From positions 4,554 through 68,553 of the forward strand of contig CAZLYK010000003.1 of the NCBI GenBank assembly GCA_964563495.1: DNA of 64,000 nt. Direction: 5' to 3'. This document shows positions 22,805-37,603 of this stretch, in pieces. The first letter of the stretch is position 1, and every line of letters begins with the position of its first letter. A program made the translations under genes and the position numbers. Below the pieces are notes generated by a model. It worked only from the letters and a program-made list of their open reading frames with translations. It was not told the origin of the DNA and ran no database searches. The DNA is from an uncultured Heliobacteriaceae bacterium. GTDB lineage: Bacteria; Acidobacteriota; Blastocatellia; RBC074.

Positions 22805-23983
22805 ATGTTTAAAGAAGCAACCGTCAGACAATTGAAGAGAGAGGAATTTCAGCGCGAGCTCGGGCGTTATGGCGGGATCGTTCCCGGACCGCTGGTGATC
22901 TGCATTGGCGGAATTCACGGCAACGAACCGGCCGGCGCGCGGGCGTTGCAAAACGTGCTGGCGGATCTCCAGGCGGCCAGGCCGGCTTTCAACGGTGAGT
23001 TTGTGGCGCTGGCGGGAAATCTGGGGGCGCTCAATCAGGAGACCCGTTATCTGCTTCGCGATCTAAATCGCATGTGGTTACCCGACCAGGTCGAGCGGCT
23101 CAAATCCGAATCGTTGAGCGGTTCCGAAGAAGCCGAATACCTGGAACAGCGAGAATTGCTGGCGGCGATCGAATCGGTGATTGCCGGTCGAACGGGTAAT
23201 CTGATCTTTCTTGATCTGCACACGACATCGTCGGACGGGGCCCCCTTTGCGCTGATCAGCGACACGCTGGTCAACCGGCATCTGGCCATGAGGCTCGGCG
23301 TGCCGATCATCCTTGGCCTGGAAGAGAACATAGAGGGGACGATCCTCAATTACATCAACGAGCTCGGATTTGCGGCGATCGGGTTTGAGGCCGGCCAGCA
23401 CCAGGCGCCGTCGTCGGTCAAACATCACGAAGCCGTGATCTGGCTGGCCCTGGTCGAAGCCGGATGTCTCGCCCCGCAGCGGGCTCCGGAGCCGGCGGCT
23501 TTAAGGTCCGGCTTGAAAAAAGCCGTCAACCGGATCCCCCGGGTCATGGAGGTTCGTTATCGACACGCGATTCAGGAATCCGATCAATTTGTTATGCGGC
23601 CGGGGTTCACCAATTTTCATCCGGTCGAAAAATCGCAACCGCTGGCAAGCGACCATCTGGGCGAGGTGAGGTCCCCGGAGGATGGATTGCTGTTTATGCC
23701 GCTCTACCAGAAATTGGGTGAGGACGGCTTTTTCCTGGTCCGTCAGGTCAACACCTTCTGGCTGAAAGTTTCTGAATACATGCGGCGGCTCAAATTTGAC
23801 CGGGTCGTGCCGTTTTTACCCGGCGTCGATTATCTGCCCGGGCGGCGTGACGCCCTGGTCATCGACACACGGATCGCCCGCTGGTTTGTCATTGAAATTT
23901 GCCATCTGCTCGGTTTCCGCAAACACTCTCAAGTCGAGGGAAGGCTGGTAGTCAGCCGCAGACGGCAATCTCCCGAAGATTAA
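22805..23983 (+). CDS. Succinylglutamate desuccinylase / aspartoacylase family zinc hydrolase (M14-like deacylase)
   Basis: [10 protein letters not shown] zinc-binding motif. AGGAGA RBS. Confidence 0.7.
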   Translation: MFKEATVRQLKREEFQRELGRYGGIVPGPLVICIGGIHGNEPAGARALQNVLADLQAARPAFNGEFVALAGNLGALNQETRYLLRDLNRMWLPDQVERLKSESLSGSEEAEYLEQRELLAAIESVIAGRTGNLIFLDLHTTSSDGAPFALISDTLVNRHLAMRLGVPIILGLEENIEGTILNYINELGFAAIGFEAGQHQAPSSVKHHEAVIWLALVEAGCLAPQRAPEPAALRSGLKKAVNRIPRVMEVRYRHAIQESDQFVMRPGFTNFHPVEKSQPLASDHLGEVRSPEDGLLFMPLYQKLGEDGFFLVRQVNTFWLKVSEYMRRLKFDRVVPFLPGVDYLPGRRDALVIDTRIARWFVIEICHLLGFRKHSQVEGRLVVSRRRQSPED

Positions 23984-24005
23984 GGAAACGGAGGCATTCA
24001 TATTT

Positions 24006-25643
24006 ATGTTACCGATACGAAAAATAGCCGATCAGCTCAACCTCTCGGATGACCATCTGGTCTATTACGGTGAGCATACGGCCAAGTTGAAATTGGATCT
24101 GCTGGACGAATCAAGGAAGCCGAATCGCGGGAAGTTGATTATGGTCACGGCGATTACCCCGACCAGCCATGGTGAAGGGAAGACGGTGGTCTCGATTGGG
24201 TTGGCGCAGGCTATCACGCGCTGCGGCAAGACGGCGCTGGCGACGCTGCGCGAGCCTTCACTCGGGCCGGTCTTCGGTTTGAAAGGCGGCGCGACCGGTG
24301 GCGGTAAGGCGCAGGTGCTGCCGGCCGAGAAGATCAATCTGCATTTCACCGGAGATTTTCACGCGATCACGTCGGCTCATAACCTGCTGGCCGCAGTGAT
24401 CGACTCACACTTACACCACGGCAACGAATTACGATTCGATGTCGACAACGTCTTCTGGCCGCGAGCCATGGATATGAACGACCGGGCACTGAGACATATC
24501 ATCGTCGGGCTTGGCGGGAAGATGAACGGAGTGCCGCGCGAGACCGGGTTCGTGATCACCGCCGCTTCGGAGGTCATGGCGATTATGGGCCTGGCCAAAT
24601 CGCGTCATGATTTGCGGCGGCGGCTCGACGAGATAGTGGTCGGTTTCAACCTCGACGGCCAGCCGATACGCGCTCGCGATCTGCACATCACCGGCGCCTT
24701 GATGGTCCTGCTCAATGAGGCGATCATGCCCAACCTGGCGCAGACCACCGAAGGCACACCGGCGCTTGTCCACACCGGCCCGTTTGCCAACATCGCGCAC
24801 GGGACGAGCAGCGTTATCTCCCAGATGATGGCCATGAGGCTCGCCGATTACGTCGTCAACGAATCGGGTTTCGGCGCGGAACTGGGGGCGGAGAAATATT
24901 TCGATATAGTCATGCCGCATTCGGGCCTCAAGCCCTCGGCCGCGGTTCTGATCGCCACCGTCCGCGCGCTGGCTTCGCACGGCTCGACGCCGGATAATCC
25001 CAGCGAGGTGAGTGCCGCAGCGGTGCAGAGGGGGTTGGCCAACCTGGCCAAGCACCTGGAAAACCTCCGCAAATACAAAGTCCCCGTGGTCGTCGCGATC
25101 AATCGCTTCAACACGGATACCGATGATCAGATTGAAGTGATTCGCGGCTTCTGCCGTGAAGCGAGGGTCGAATCGGCAGTCGTAGAGGTCTATAATCAAG
25201 GCGGCGAGGGGGCGATCGAACTGGCTGAAAAGGTCATGGCGATCGCTGAAAAAAGCCGCCCGGAAGAGGTCACGCCGATCTATCATTCGGACATGAGCCT
25301 GGAAGAGAAGATCGGACGGGTAGCCACGGAGATCTACGGCGCCAGCGGCGTTAACATCGAGTCTGAAGCGCGCAAGAAGCTGAAGAAGTTCGCCTCGCTC
25401 GGGTTCGGTCACTATCCGATCTGCATGGCCAAGACCCAGTCGTCTTTGACCGACAATCCGAAGCTGCTCGGCGCTCCATCCGGATGGACACTGACCGTCT
25501 CGGACGCCCATCTTTCGGCCGGGGCCGGCTTCGTCGTCGTCGTCGCCGGATCGATGATGTTGATGCCGGGGCTGCCAAAAGTGCCCCAGGCCGGCAAATT
25601 GGACGTCGACGGGCACGGCGCGATTACCGGGATGAATTACTGA
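24006..25643 (+). CDS. fhs: Formate--tetrahydrofolate ligase (formyl-THF synthetase)
   Basis: PTSHGEGKTVVSIGL P-loop region and overall length typical of FTHFS. Confidence 0.9.
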   Translation: MLPIRKIADQLNLSDDHLVYYGEHTAKLKLDLLDESRKPNRGKLIMVTAITPTSHGEGKTVVSIGLAQAITRCGKTALATLREPSLGPVFGLKGGATGGGKAQVLPAEKINLHFTGDFHAITSAHNLLAAVIDSHLHHGNELRFDVDNVFWPRAMDMNDRALRHIIVGLGGKMNGVPRETGFVITAASEVMAIMGLAKSRHDLRRRLDEIVVGFNLDGQPIRARDLHITGALMVLLNEAIMPNLAQTTEGTPALVHTGPFANIAHGTSSVISQMMAMRLADYVVNESGFGAELGAEKYFDIVMPHSGLKPSAAVLIATVRALASHGSTPDNPSEVSAAAVQRGLANLAKHLENLRKYKVPVVVAINRFNTDTDDQIEVIRGFCREARVESAVVEVYNQGGEGAIELAEKVMAIAEKSRPEEVTPIYHSDMSLEEKIGRVATEIYGASGVNIESEARKKLKKFASLGFGHYPICMAKTQSSLTDNPKLLGAPSGWTLTVSDAHLSAGAGFVVVVAGSMMLMPGLPKVPQAGKLDVDGHGAITGMNY

Positions 25644-25677
25644 CCGATCTGTTTTCGTTATCGTAGGAGCAACTCTT

Positions 25678-25929
25678 ATGTGTCTTGCTGTTCCGGGAAA
25701 CGTCGTCAGCATAGAGGGCGAGGACCTGCTCCGCCACGGTAAGGTAAATTTCGGCGGCATCGTCAAGCACGTCAATTTGAGCTACGTGCCGGAAGCGAAG
25801 ATCGGCGATTACGTGATCGTGCATGTCGGTTTTGCGATCAGTATCGTCGATCAGGCGGAAGCCGAACAGGTCTTCGAATTCCTGCGCTCGCTCGATGAGC
25901 TGTCTGAGCTTGAAGGGGAACCGCGATGA
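25678..25929 (+). CDS. hypC: Hydrogenase maturation chaperone HypC
   Basis: MCLAVPG N-terminus. Confidence 0.85.
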   Translation: MCLAVPGNVVSIEGEDLLRHGKVNFGGIVKHVNLSYVPEAKIGDYVIVHVGFAISIVDQAEAEQVFEFLRSLDELSELEGEPR

Positions 25930-27029
25930 AGTTCATCGACGAATACCGCGACGCCGAATCTGCTCAGACCTGCGCCGAAGCCATTGCCGGACTGATCACC
26001 CGGCCCTGGACGCTCATGGAGGTCTGCGGCGGTCAGACGCATTCGATCGTCAAGTTCGGCATCGATGAGCTCCTCCCAGCTGAGTTGACGCTGGTCCACG
26101 GGCCCGGCTGTCCGGTCTGCGTGACCCCTCTCGAGCAGATCGATAAGGCGATCGAGATCGCTTCGCGCCCCGAAGTGATCTTCTGTTCCTTCGGCGACAT
26201 GCTGCGCGTCCCCGGCAGCGAGAAGGATCTCTTCATGGTCAAGGCGGCAGGCGGGGATGTCCGCGTAGTCTATTCGCCGCTCGATTGTTTGAAGATCGCG
26301 CGCGAGAATCCCGGCAGGATCGTCGTCTTTTTCGCGGTCGGGTTCGAGACCACGGCGCCGCCGAATGCGATGGTCGTATATCAGGCGCGCGAGCAGGGGA
26401 TCGACAACTTTTCGATCCTCGTTTCACACGTCCTGGTCCCTCCGGCGATGGAGGCGATCCTCTCTTCGCCGGGCAACCGCGTCCAGGGCTTTCTGGCCGC
26501 CGGCCACGTCTGCACGGTCATGGGCTATACCGAATATGAGCCGATCGCCGATAAGTACCGTGTGCCGATCGTCGTCACCGGGTTCGAGCCGCTCGATATA
26601 TTGCAGGGCGTGCTCATGTGCGTCCGGCAGTTGGAGGAAGGGCGGGCAGAGGTCGAAAACCAGTATGCCCGTTCGGTCAGACGCGAAGGTAACCAGCACG
26701 CCCAGAAGGTGATCAATCAGGTTTTCCGGGTCTCACCCCGCAAATGGAGGGGGATCGGCGAGATCCCGCAAAGCGGCCTGACTTTGAGCGAAGACTATGC
26801 CGAATTCGACGCCGAGCGCAGGTTCGGATTGACCGGTTACACCGCCGATGAGCCGTCCGAATGCATAAGCGGGTTGATCATGCAGGGCGTCAGGAAACCG
26901 CACGAATGCACGGCTTTCGGCTCACGGTGCACACCCGAAAAACCTCTCGGCGCGCCGATGGTCTCGAACGAAGGCGCCTGCGCCGCCTATTACCGATATC
27001 GACGGAACCTGGGAAATAGACAGGATTGA
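25926..27029 (+). CDS. hypD: Hydrogenase maturation protein HypD
   Basis: [13 protein letters not shown] and FEPLD motifs. The last four codons plus the stop (NRQD*) are encoded by repeat element E5. Confidence 0.9.
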   Translation: MKFIDEYRDAESAQTCAEAIAGLITRPWTLMEVCGGQTHSIVKFGIDELLPAELTLVHGPGCPVCVTPLEQIDKAIEIASRPEVIFCSFGDMLRVPGSEKDLFMVKAAGGDVRVVYSPLDCLKIARENPGRIVVFFAVGFETTAPPNAMVVYQAREQGIDNFSILVSHVLVPPAMEAILSSPGNRVQGFLAAGHVCTVMGYTEYEPIADKYRVPIVVTGFEPLDILQGVLMCVRQLEEGRAEVENQYARSVRREGNQHAQKVINQVFRVSPRKWRGIGEIPQSGLTLSEDYAEFDAERRFGLTGYTADEPSECISGLIMQGVRKPHECTAFGSRCTPEKPLGAPMVSNEGACAAYYRYRRNLGNRQD

Positions 27030-27090
27030 CAGGATTTGACCAGACCTGATCTTGTTCAGTCCTGCATCGATCCGGTTGATCATGTCTATT
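27015..27090. repeat. Palindromic intergenic element E5
   Basis: AATAGACAGGATTGACAGGATTTGACC ... GATCATGTCTATT (right TIR slightly degenerate). Confidence 0.75.
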
Positions 27091-27109
27091 TTCTCGACGG
27101 GTCTTGATT

Positions 27110-28165
27110 ATGGCCGAAGATCTAGATTTCAACCTTTCGTGTCCGATCCCGATCGGGCAATACCCGCAGGTTTTGCTGGCTCACGGCGGGGGCGGCAAGC
27201 TCATGCATCAGTTGATCGAGCAAATGTTCGTCCCCGCCTTCGGCAATCCGTTGCTCGGCTCGCGCCACGACGGCGCGGTCCTGGAGATGAATGGCGCGAG
27301 ACTGGCATTCACCACCGACTCTTATGTCGTCCGCCCGATCTTCTTTCCCGGCGGCGACATCGGCACGCTGGCGATCAACGGCACGGTCAACGACCTGGCC
27401 ATGTGCGGAGCCCGGCCGCTCTATCTCAGCGCCGGCTTCATCCTGGAAGAAGGATTGCCGATGGAGTCGCTCTGGCGGATCGTGCAATCCATGCAGCGAG
27501 CGGCTGAAGAGGCCGGCGTACAGCTCGTCACCGGCGATACCAAGGTAGTCGATAAGGGCAAGGGAGACGGCATCTTCATCAACACGGCCGGCGTCGGCCT
27601 GATCGATCACGCACAGGTGATCGCGCCTGCGAGCGTCAGGGCCGGCGACGCCGTCCTGCTGAGCGGTGATCTTGGCCGCCACGGCATCTCGATTATGGCC
27701 ACGCGTGAAGGGCTGTCGTTTGAATCCGAGATCGAAAGCGATTGTGCGCCGCTCGCCGATCTGGTGCGCCGGATGATCGAGGCCGGGGTCGAGCTTCACT
27801 GCTTGCGGGATTTGACCAGAGGCGGTCTGGCCAGCGCCCTGGTCGAGATCTCCGAGGTTTCGGGGCTCCAGATCAGGATAGACGAAAACGCTATCCCGGT
27901 CCGTGAAGATGTCCGTGGTGCCTGCGAGATCCTGGGTCTGGACCCGCTTTACCTGGCCAATGAGGGCAGATTCGTTGTCTTTCTTCCGGCCACCCACGCC
28001 GACCGGGCGTTGGCAATCCTGACCGCGCATCCGCTCGGTCAAAACGCCGCGCTCATCGGGCGCGCCGAGCAGGGCTCATCGAATCATGTCCTGATCAGAA
28101 GCTCGATCGGCGCCCTCCGGATCGTCGATATGTTCAGTGGAGAGCAACTGCCGAGAATTTGCTGA
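27110..28165 (+). CDS. hypE: Hydrogenase maturation protein HypE
   Basis: AIR-synthase-like fold. C-terminal PRIC with terminal Cys (the carbamoylation/cyanation site). Confidence 0.9.
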   Translation: MAEDLDFNLSCPIPIGQYPQVLLAHGGGGKLMHQLIEQMFVPAFGNPLLGSRHDGAVLEMNGARLAFTTDSYVVRPIFFPGGDIGTLAINGTVNDLAMCGARPLYLSAGFILEEGLPMESLWRIVQSMQRAAEEAGVQLVTGDTKVVDKGKGDGIFINTAGVGLIDHAQVIAPASVRAGDAVLLSGDLGRHGISIMATREGLSFESEIESDCAPLADLVRRMIEAGVELHCLRDLTRGGLASALVEISEVSGLQIRIDENAIPVREDVRGACEILGLDPLYLANEGRFVVFLPATHADRALAILTAHPLGQNAALIGRAEQGSSNHVLIRSSIGALRIVDMFSGEQLPRIC

Positions 28166-28185
28166 ACTAATCCGCTCAACCCTGC

Positions 28186-28539
28186 CTACCTCTTCTTCGC
28201 TATCGCCTGCCCGGTGAATGCGCTCGCGTGCGCTTCATACTTCTCCTGCAAACTGGAACAGACCAGATCGCATAGCTCGAAGATCGATTCGTCAGCGATC
28301 GAATAATAGACCGTATTGCCTTCCTGTCGACGCCCAACCAGCCCGGCATCCTGCAAAATGCGCAAATGCTTGCTCACATTCGGCTGCGTCGATTCCACCT
28401 CGGCTGCAATCGAATTGACACTCATCCCTCCGCCTTCCAATACCTGCAGTATTCGCAGCCTCATCGGATCCGAAAGCACCTTGAACCGAGCCGCCACCAA
28501 TTGCAACGCCTCCATCGTCTTGATCAACTGCCTCTTCAC
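28186..28539 (-). CDS. ArsR/SmtB-family transcriptional regulator
   Basis: MRLRILQVL and QPNVSKHLRIL winged-HTH motifs. Divergent from the DUF302 gene. Confidence 0.8.
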   Translation of the reverse strand: MKRQLIKTMEALQLVAARFKVLSDPMRLRILQVLEGGGMSVNSIAAEVESTQPNVSKHLRILQDAGLVGRRQEGNTVYYSIADESIFELCDLVCSSLQEKYEAHASAFTGQAIAKKR

Positions 28540-28564
28540 TCTTTCGATCTTCCCTTTCTTTAAG

Positions 28565-28612
28565 ATGGTGCTTGACTATATGATTCTATAGTTATATAGT
28601 AATTAAGTCAAG
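28565..28612. promoter_or_regulatory. AT-rich palindromic candidate operator in the ArsR/DUF302 divergent promoter
   Basis: ttgactatatgattctatagttatatagtaattaagtcaa. It has outer TTGAC/GTCAA arms and inner CTATA...TATAG repeats. Confidence 0.4.
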
Positions 28613-28781
28613 AGAGACAAAAATAATTGATTCCGGCAAACGGAATTTTTTCGTGGTGGTGGTGAGAGGTGGCATAGGACGTGCAGTTAACTGAGATAAA
28701 TTACCGGCGTTGATGGTCTTTGAACATGAGGCGTAGCGAGCGAAATCATAAAATTCGCTGATGATTGAGAGGAATAAAGAT

Positions 28782-29201
28782 ATGAAGCAAGGAACGGGAA
28801 AGCAGAGTGTACGTGACATGGGCTATGGGATGAGCCGGGAGTTGGACATTTCATTTGCCCAGGCGGTTGAACGCACGAAGGAGGCGCTCAAGGCCGAGGG
28901 ATTCGGCGTGCTGTTTGAAATCGACATGAGGGAGAAGATGAAGGAGAAGCTGGGGCTGGATTTTCGCAACTATATTATTTTGGGGGCGTGCAATCCGCCG
29001 ATTGCGTATCAGGCGTTGCAGGAGGAGATCGGTTTGGGTTTGTTGCTGCCGTGCAATGTAGTGGTGTACGAAGAGGGTGGTAGATCTGTGGTTGCGGTGA
29101 TCGATGCCGAGAAGATGATGTCGATCGTGGGTAACCCCAAGCTGGGGACAGCCGCCGCGCAGGTCAACGAGAAACTTGATCGGGCTCTGGCCAGTCTATA
29201 A
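28782..29201 (+). CDS. DUF302 domain protein
   Basis: Start at MKQGTG after GAGAGGA. Family assignment is by overall similarity and is moderate. Confidence 0.55.
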   Translation: MKQGTGKQSVRDMGYGMSRELDISFAQAVERTKEALKAEGFGVLFEIDMREKMKEKLGLDFRNYIILGACNPPIAYQALQEEIGLGLLLPCNVVVYEEGGRSVVAVIDAEKMMSIVGNPKLGTAAAQVNEKLDRALASL

Positions 29202-29229
29202 CTCAAATAAAATTTGAAAGGAGAAAGTC

Positions 29230-29439
29230 ATGACCGTTGAAAGGGCACTCAGGCTGATTGCGGGCACTTTTGTTTTGGCGTCTTTACTGTTGGGTATTTA
29301 TCACAGCCCGAACTGGTTCTATTTCACCGGCTTTGTCGCCCTCAACCTAATCCAGTCGGCCTTTACCAACTGGTGCCCGATGATGGCGTTCCTGCGTTGG
29401 ATTGGGCTCAAGGATGAAGGGCAGCCGCGCCTGGTCTAA
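29230..29439 (+). CDS. DUF2892 (YgaP-like) small membrane protein
   Basis: 69 aa with two TM segments and a NWCP motif. Confidence 0.55.
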   Translation: MTVERALRLIAGTFVLASLLLGIYHSPNWFYFTGFVALNLIQSAFTNWCPMMAFLRWIGLKDEGQPRLV

Positions 29440-29613
29440 AGACCGTTCTGCCTGTGAAATCTTCCCATTAAAGCGTGCGGGCGCCCAGGCGTTGGGTGAT
29501 TTTTCGCAACGGTGCCTGGGCGTCATAATTGGAATTTGTTCTATCTGATCGCCTGATAATCTATGGCATCTTTTTTGCGTGATTGACCAAGATGACGAGT
29601 TGGAGTTTGGTTA

Positions 29614-29640
29614 AATCCTGCAAAGATCATGTCTATTCTG
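29614..29640. repeat. Solo right-end fragment of the palindromic element, E6
   Basis: AATCCTGCAAAGATCATGTCTATTCTGCC resembles the right termini of E1 and E5. Confidence 0.5.
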
Positions 29641-29703
29641 CCTGTTGTCGGTCGTTTAATTAGGTGATGGATGGGAAATGAGGGCTAAAAAGGGACGAAA
29701 GCG

Positions 29704-31095
29704 ATGATAGCCAAAACCAGGAAGAATATTTCGATGGCGCTCGTAGTTTGGCTGTGTTTGTGGGGGACGGGATTTGGTTTGATGGCGGGTGCGCAGTCCC
29801 AGGGATCTGTCGGATCCGATGGTCTGAGATTGCCGGTGGCGGTGGAGATAGCTTTGCGGGGTAATCCGCTGGTGCGGGCGAGCGCGTCGGGCCGGGAGAT
29901 GGCGGATGCGCAATTGAGCGAGGAGAGATCCGCCCGTTTGCCGGTTTTACAGTTCAGTGAAAATTTCATACGCAGTAACAATCCGGTCTTCGTTTTTGGC
30001 TCGCTCCTGGAGCAGGCCCGTTTCGGGGCGAGCAACTTCGCTCTGCCGGGGCTCAACAATCCGGATTCGCTGAGTAATTACCGGACGGCGCTGACTCTCA
30101 AGATGCCTGTCTTCGATCAATGGCGATCATCGACCCGGATCAACCAGGCGAAATTCTTGCAGCGGCAAGCCGAGGCTCAAACCGATCAGGTGCACCAGCA
30201 GCTTCGATACGAGGTTCTCAAGTCTTTTTACGGTGTCCTGCTGGCGGAGGCCGGAAAAGAGGTCGCCGACGAGGCTGTCAAGCTTGCTCAAGCCGATATC
30301 AAGCGGAGCCGCGATCGGATGGATGCGGGAGTTGCAGTGGCTTCGGATCTGCTCGCGGCGGAGGTGCAGTTGGCCGAATTCAGGCAGCAGCAGATTCAAG
30401 CCGAGGGAGAGATAGTGACCGCGAGAGCCGCGCTCAATACCGTCCTGGGATTGCCGATCGAGACACCGCAAAAGATCGCCGGCGAGCTGGCCGAGAAGAC
30501 CTTCAGCGTCAGTGTCCAGGATGAACTGATGGAAGAGGCATTGCGGCATCGCCCGGATTATTCGCGTGCCGGGTTGGCTCTCAGTTCGAGCCGTGAGGGG
30601 GTGAGGGCCGCTCGCGGCGAGAACCTGCCGCGGTTCGACGTCTACACCAGTTTTGGGACGAGTGGGCGCAATCTATGGAGCGGGAGCGGGGATTATCTGG
30701 TCGGCGCCAGCCTGAGCTTCAATCTGCTGGATTTCGGGCGGTCGGCGCGGATCAACCGCGCGCGCGCGGCCGAGACCATGGCGATGAGCGAGCAGCAACA
30801 TCTGGCCAACCAGATCCGGTTGGAGGTAGTTCGCGCCAATCAACAGTACCTGACGGCACGTGAGCGGCTGGTCGTCGCCGGCCGCGTGATCAACCACGCG
30901 ACCGAGGCCCTGCGGATCGTGCAGGATCGCTACAACGAGGGGCTGACCACGATCACCGAAGTCCTGCGCGCTGAGACTGCTCTGGTTCGCGCTCGCCTCA
31001 ACCTGCTCACAGCCCGTTACGATCATTATCTGGGCTATGCCGGTGTGTTGCTGGTGACCGGAAGACTGACCGATGTGCAACCGTTTGTTTCCTGA
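29704..31095 (+). CDS. Outer membrane efflux protein (TolC-like OMF)
   Basis: Signal peptide followed by two OEP repeats with coiled-coil segments. Confidence 0.75.
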   Translation: MIAKTRKNISMALVVWLCLWGTGFGLMAGAQSQGSVGSDGLRLPVAVEIALRGNPLVRASASGREMADAQLSEERSARLPVLQFSENFIRSNNPVFVFGSLLEQARFGASNFALPGLNNPDSLSNYRTALTLKMPVFDQWRSSTRINQAKFLQRQAEAQTDQVHQQLRYEVLKSFYGVLLAEAGKEVADEAVKLAQADIKRSRDRMDAGVAVASDLLAAEVQLAEFRQQQIQAEGEIVTARAALNTVLGLPIETPQKIAGELAEKTFSVSVQDELMEEALRHRPDYSRAGLALSSSREGVRAARGENLPRFDVYTSFGTSGRNLWSGSGDYLVGASLSFNLLDFGRSARINRARAAETMAMSEQQHLANQIRLEVVRANQQYLTARERLVVAGRVINHATEALRIVQDRYNEGLTTITEVLRAETALVRARLNLLTARYDHYLGYAGVLLVTGRLTDVQPFVS

Positions 31096-31109
31096 GATCC
31101 GGATGGGGG

Positions 31110-32318
31110 ATGAAGATGAAGAAGAAAATTGCCCTGATCACAACCATCGCGATCTTTTCAATCGTCGCAGCCTCGTGCTCAAAAAAAGAGAAGGCTTCGA
31201 GCGAGAAGGCGCCGGTTGTTAAAGGCGCAGAGTTGGAGAAAGTCGCGGCTTCAACGATCGGCGATTATATCGAGGCGACGGGGACCGTACGCTCAAAGAC
31301 CACGACCGTGCTCTCATCGAAGATTATGGGAACCGTGATTTCATTGCGCGTCCGCGAAGGAGACAGAGTCGGAGCCGGTCGGACATTGATCGAGATCGAC
31401 AACCGGGATGCGGCGGCGCAATTGCAGAAAGTGCAGGCCGGGTTGCGAGAGGCGCAACAGGCGCTGGCTGAGGTCGAGCAATCATCGAGCGCCGCCCAAT
31501 CGGCGAAGAATGCTGCTCAAGCCAACCGGCGTTTGGCCGAGACTACTTTGAACCGCTACCAGATGCTGCTCGATCGAAAATCCGTCAGCCCCCAGGAGTT
31601 CGACGAAGTGAAGGCGAAGTACCAGGTGGCTGAAGCCGAGGCCGAGCGCGCCGACAAGATGCTGCAGATGGTCGCCGCGAAAAAGAATCAGGTTCTGGCG
31701 CGGATCGATCAGGCCAACGCCGAGATCGCCAACGCCCAGGTCTATCTCGGTTACGCCCGGATCGCCTCGCCGATGAGCGGCGTGGTGACGACCAAACAGA
31801 TCGAGCTGGGAGCAACGGCCATGCCGGGAGCGCCTCTGCTGACGATCGAAGACGGGGCCCATTACCGCCTCGAGGCGGCGGTCGAAGAATCCCGGATCGG
31901 AAAGATCCGCCTCAACGACAAGGCCTTGGTTCGGATCGACGCGATCGGACCGGAGGAATTCGATGGGGTGGTGGCCGAGATCGCCCCCGCGGCCGATCCG
32001 GCCAGTCGCAGCTACTTAGTCAAGATAGATATTCGCTCGCCGAAAGCCCAGTCGATGCTGCGTTCGGGGCTTTACGGCTCCGTGCGGTTCGCAGCCGGGC
32101 AGAAGCAGGTTCTGACGATTCCGCAAAAGGCCGTGATTCAGCACGGCCAGTTGATCGGTGCCTTCGTCGTCGACGACGCCGGCGTCGCGCGCTTGCGGTT
32201 GATCAAACCCGGGAAGAGATACGGTGAACGGGTAGAGGTGCTCTCGGGGTTGAATGATGGCGATCGCATTGTCGTCGACGGCGTCTCAGGCGTGAGCGAT
32301 GGCAGTCGAGTGCAGTGA
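31110..32318 (+). CDS. RND efflux periplasmic adaptor (membrane fusion protein)
   Basis: Lipoprotein-like N-terminus, coiled coil, and beta-barrel/MP domains typical of the HlyD/AcrA family. Confidence 0.8.
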   Translation: MKMKKKIALITTIAIFSIVAASCSKKEKASSEKAPVVKGAELEKVAASTIGDYIEATGTVRSKTTTVLSSKIMGTVISLRVREGDRVGAGRTLIEIDNRDAAAQLQKVQAGLREAQQALAEVEQSSSAAQSAKNAAQANRRLAETTLNRYQMLLDRKSVSPQEFDEVKAKYQVAEAEAERADKMLQMVAAKKNQVLARIDQANAEIANAQVYLGYARIASPMSGVVTTKQIELGATAMPGAPLLTIEDGAHYRLEAAVEESRIGKIRLNDKALVRIDAIGPEEFDGVVAEIAPAADPASRSYLVKIDIRSPKAQSMLRSGLYGSVRFAAGQKQVLTIPQKAVIQHGQLIGAFVVDDAGVARLRLIKPGKRYGERVEVLSGLNDGDRIVVDGVSGVSDGSRVQ

Positions 32319-32334
32319 TAAAAAAGGGGGAATT

Positions 32335-32709
32335 ATGACTACCCTGAAATATGATACGTTTTTCAATCTGGACGCCCTTTCGCTGATCGCCAAAGGGCTG
32401 AGCCTGATCAGCATTCTGATCCTCGCGCTTTTCTTTATCGGCGAAGGGTTCAATCCATCGAAGATTCAGCTCAATGAATGGATCCTCTTTCTCTTCTTTC
32501 CGTTCGGCCTGATTACCGGGATGGTTGTCGCCTGGTGGAAAGAGGGGCTGGGCGCGATGATCGCGGTCGGCAGCCTGGTCGGATTTTACCTGGCCCATTT
32601 TCTGCAGACCGGAGGGCTGCCGCGCGGATGGGCCTTTCTGGCCTTTGCCGTGCCCGGATTTCTGTTTCTCGTCCATTGGCTGATAACCAGGTTCAATCGA
32701 CAGGATTAA
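32335..32709 (+). CDS. Small four-TM membrane protein of unknown function
   Basis: Start MTTLKYDTFF after AAGGGGGAA. The last 5 codons plus the stop (FNRQD*) are encoded by repeat element E7. Confidence 0.4.
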   Translation: MTTLKYDTFFNLDALSLIAKGLSLISILILALFFIGEGFNPSKIQLNEWILFLFFPFGLITGMVVAWWKEGLGAMIAVGSLVGFYLAHFLQTGGLPRGWAFLAFAVPGFLFLVHWLITRFNRQD

Positions 32710-32777
32710 CAGGATTTCAACAGGATTAAACCGGATGGTTTTCCATCTTGCTTTTGATCCGGTTAACCCTGTCTATT
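32695..32777. repeat. Palindromic intergenic element E7
   Basis: AATCGACAGGATTAACAGGATTTCAACAGGATTAAACCGGAT ... ATCCGGTTAACCCTGTCTATT. Confidence 0.75.
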
Positions 32778-32807
32778 TCCTGCTTTGATCTGTTCAGGTG
32801 AATAGTT

Positions 32808-36092
<3,285 letters not shown>

Positions 36093-36234
36093 TGGTGATT
36101 GAGAAATGAGCGATTAGGTAGACTCTGTCTGATTCAAGAAAAAGATTAATTGCCAAGAGAGCCAAGGATTAGTTTGTTTCGGTCTTGGCGATTAATCCCT
36201 CATTTAATTGTATTCTCTCAAAAGGGGGGACTAG

Positions 36235-36921
36235 ATGTTACGCAAAAATTTATCCTTATTAGTGATGGTGTTTCTGGTTTTGGCCGTGCTCGCTTTGACC
36301 GCTATCGCTCAAGGGCAGGGTATGGGGAGGGGCATGGGCCGCGGGATGGGCCAGGGGCAGGATATGCAGACGATCCACGAGCTCTTCGGCGACCATAAGC
36401 AGATCGTCCGGACGGTGACAAAGATCGAAAATGGCGTGGAGACCCTGACCGAATCCGATGATCCCAAGGTGCAAGCCAAGATCGTCGAGCACGTCTACGC
36501 CATGAAGAAGAGGCTGGAGACGAGACAGCCGATCCGCCAGTGGGACCCGCTTTTTGGCGCGCTCTTCCAGCACGCCGACAAGATCGAGATGAAGATCGTC
36601 CAGACTCCCAAAGGTGCGAGGGTTATCGAGACTTCCAAAGATCCATACGTCGTCAAGCTGATCCAGTCACACGCCGATGGAGTAACCGAGTTTGTCAATC
36701 AGGGCATGGCGGTCATGCATAAACGCCATGAATTGCCCGGCGAGAAGACAGATCAATCGGCTTTTCTGGGTAAAGGTGACGGCGTGACGACCTGCCCGGT
36801 GACGGGTGAGCCAGTCAACAAGGAATTCAACGCGGAAATCTACGGGCGCACGGTCTATTTCTGCTGCGCCAACTGCCGGGATACGGTGAAGAAGAATCCT
36901 GAGCGATATTTGAAACCCTAG
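36235..36921 (+). CDS. Secreted YHS/TRASH-domain metal-binding protein with a [14 protein letters not shown] repeat
   Basis: Signal peptide. C-terminal [10 protein letters not shown]...[19 protein letters not shown] (YHS domain). Confidence 0.6.
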   Translation: MLRKNLSLLVMVFLVLAVLALTAIAQGQGMGRGMGRGMGQGQDMQTIHELFGDHKQIVRTVTKIENGVETLTESDDPKVQAKIVEHVYAMKKRLETRQPIRQWDPLFGALFQHADKIEMKIVQTPKGARVIETSKDPYVVKLIQSHADGVTEFVNQGMAVMHKRHELPGEKTDQSAFLGKGDGVTTCPVTGEPVNKEFNAEIYGRTVYFCCANCRDTVKKNPERYLKP

Positions 36922-36962
36922 AATTTTACTGACCGCCGGCCTTAGCCGGTAAGGAGAAGGTT

Positions 36963-37505
36963 ATGTCCGCAAGAAAAAGCACAAAAAAATATACCAACGA
37001 GACGTGGACAAAGCGTGTCGATCACGAGGCGGGAAAGCACCGTCCGGGCAAGGCCGAGGGCGAGCCGCTGGTCTGTCAGGTCTGCGGCGATTTCTACTTC
37101 GAGCGTCGCTGGTGGCTGCCGGATTCTGAGGGCGTCGCCCGGTACAAGAACTCGATAGATCCAAAATGGAGTGAGCCGATGGCGACCGTTTGCCCGGCCT
37201 GCGAGCGCAAAAAAAATGGCGTCCCGAGCGGTTATGTCCACCTCGATGGCGCTTTTCTGACCCAGCATCGAGAAGAGATCGACCAGCTTCTGCACAATGA
37301 AGCCGGGCGCGCGGCCGAGGACAACCCGCTCGCCCGCATCATGAATTGGTCTCAGGATGAAAAGGGGCGGCTCACGCTTGAGACAACCACGGAACATCTG
37401 GCTCAACGGCTCGGGCACGCACTCGAAAAGGCGTTCAAAGGCCAGGTCCGCTATGATTTCTCGCACGAGAACAAGCTCGCTCACGTCTATTGGGTCAGAG
37501 ATTAA
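36963..37505 (+). CDS. Hypothetical zinc-ribbon protein
   Basis: CQVCGD...CPACERK pair of CxxC motifs. AAGGAGAAGG RBS. Confidence 0.4.
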   Translation: MSARKSTKKYTNETWTKRVDHEAGKHRPGKAEGEPLVCQVCGDFYFERRWWLPDSEGVARYKNSIDPKWSEPMATVCPACERKKNGVPSGYVHLDGAFLTQHREEIDQLLHNEAGRAAEDNPLARIMNWSQDEKGRLTLETTTEHLAQRLGHALEKAFKGQVRYDFSHENKLAHVYWVRD

Positions 37506-37538
37506 TGCGATAAACTTTATCCTATTTCGCCCTTAATA

Positions 37539-37586
37539 CGGTTTTCAGAGTCGTCCGTCCTGTCAGACGCACGACTCTGAAAACCG
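37539..37586. repeat. Solo core hairpin of the element family (type II core), E14
   Basis: cggttttcagagtcgtccgtc CTGTCAGA cgcacgactctgaaaaccg. The loop carries the TGTCAG motif. Confidence 0.55.
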
Positions 37587-37603
37587 CGCTCATCTCAGTT
37601 GTT

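Noticed and set aside
36148-36217. Imperfect inverted repeat gattaattgccaaga / tcttggcgattaatc upstream of the YHS gene
   Set aside because: It could be an operator or the terminator of the RND gene, but the arms are short and imperfect and no T-run follows. Support is too weak to call.
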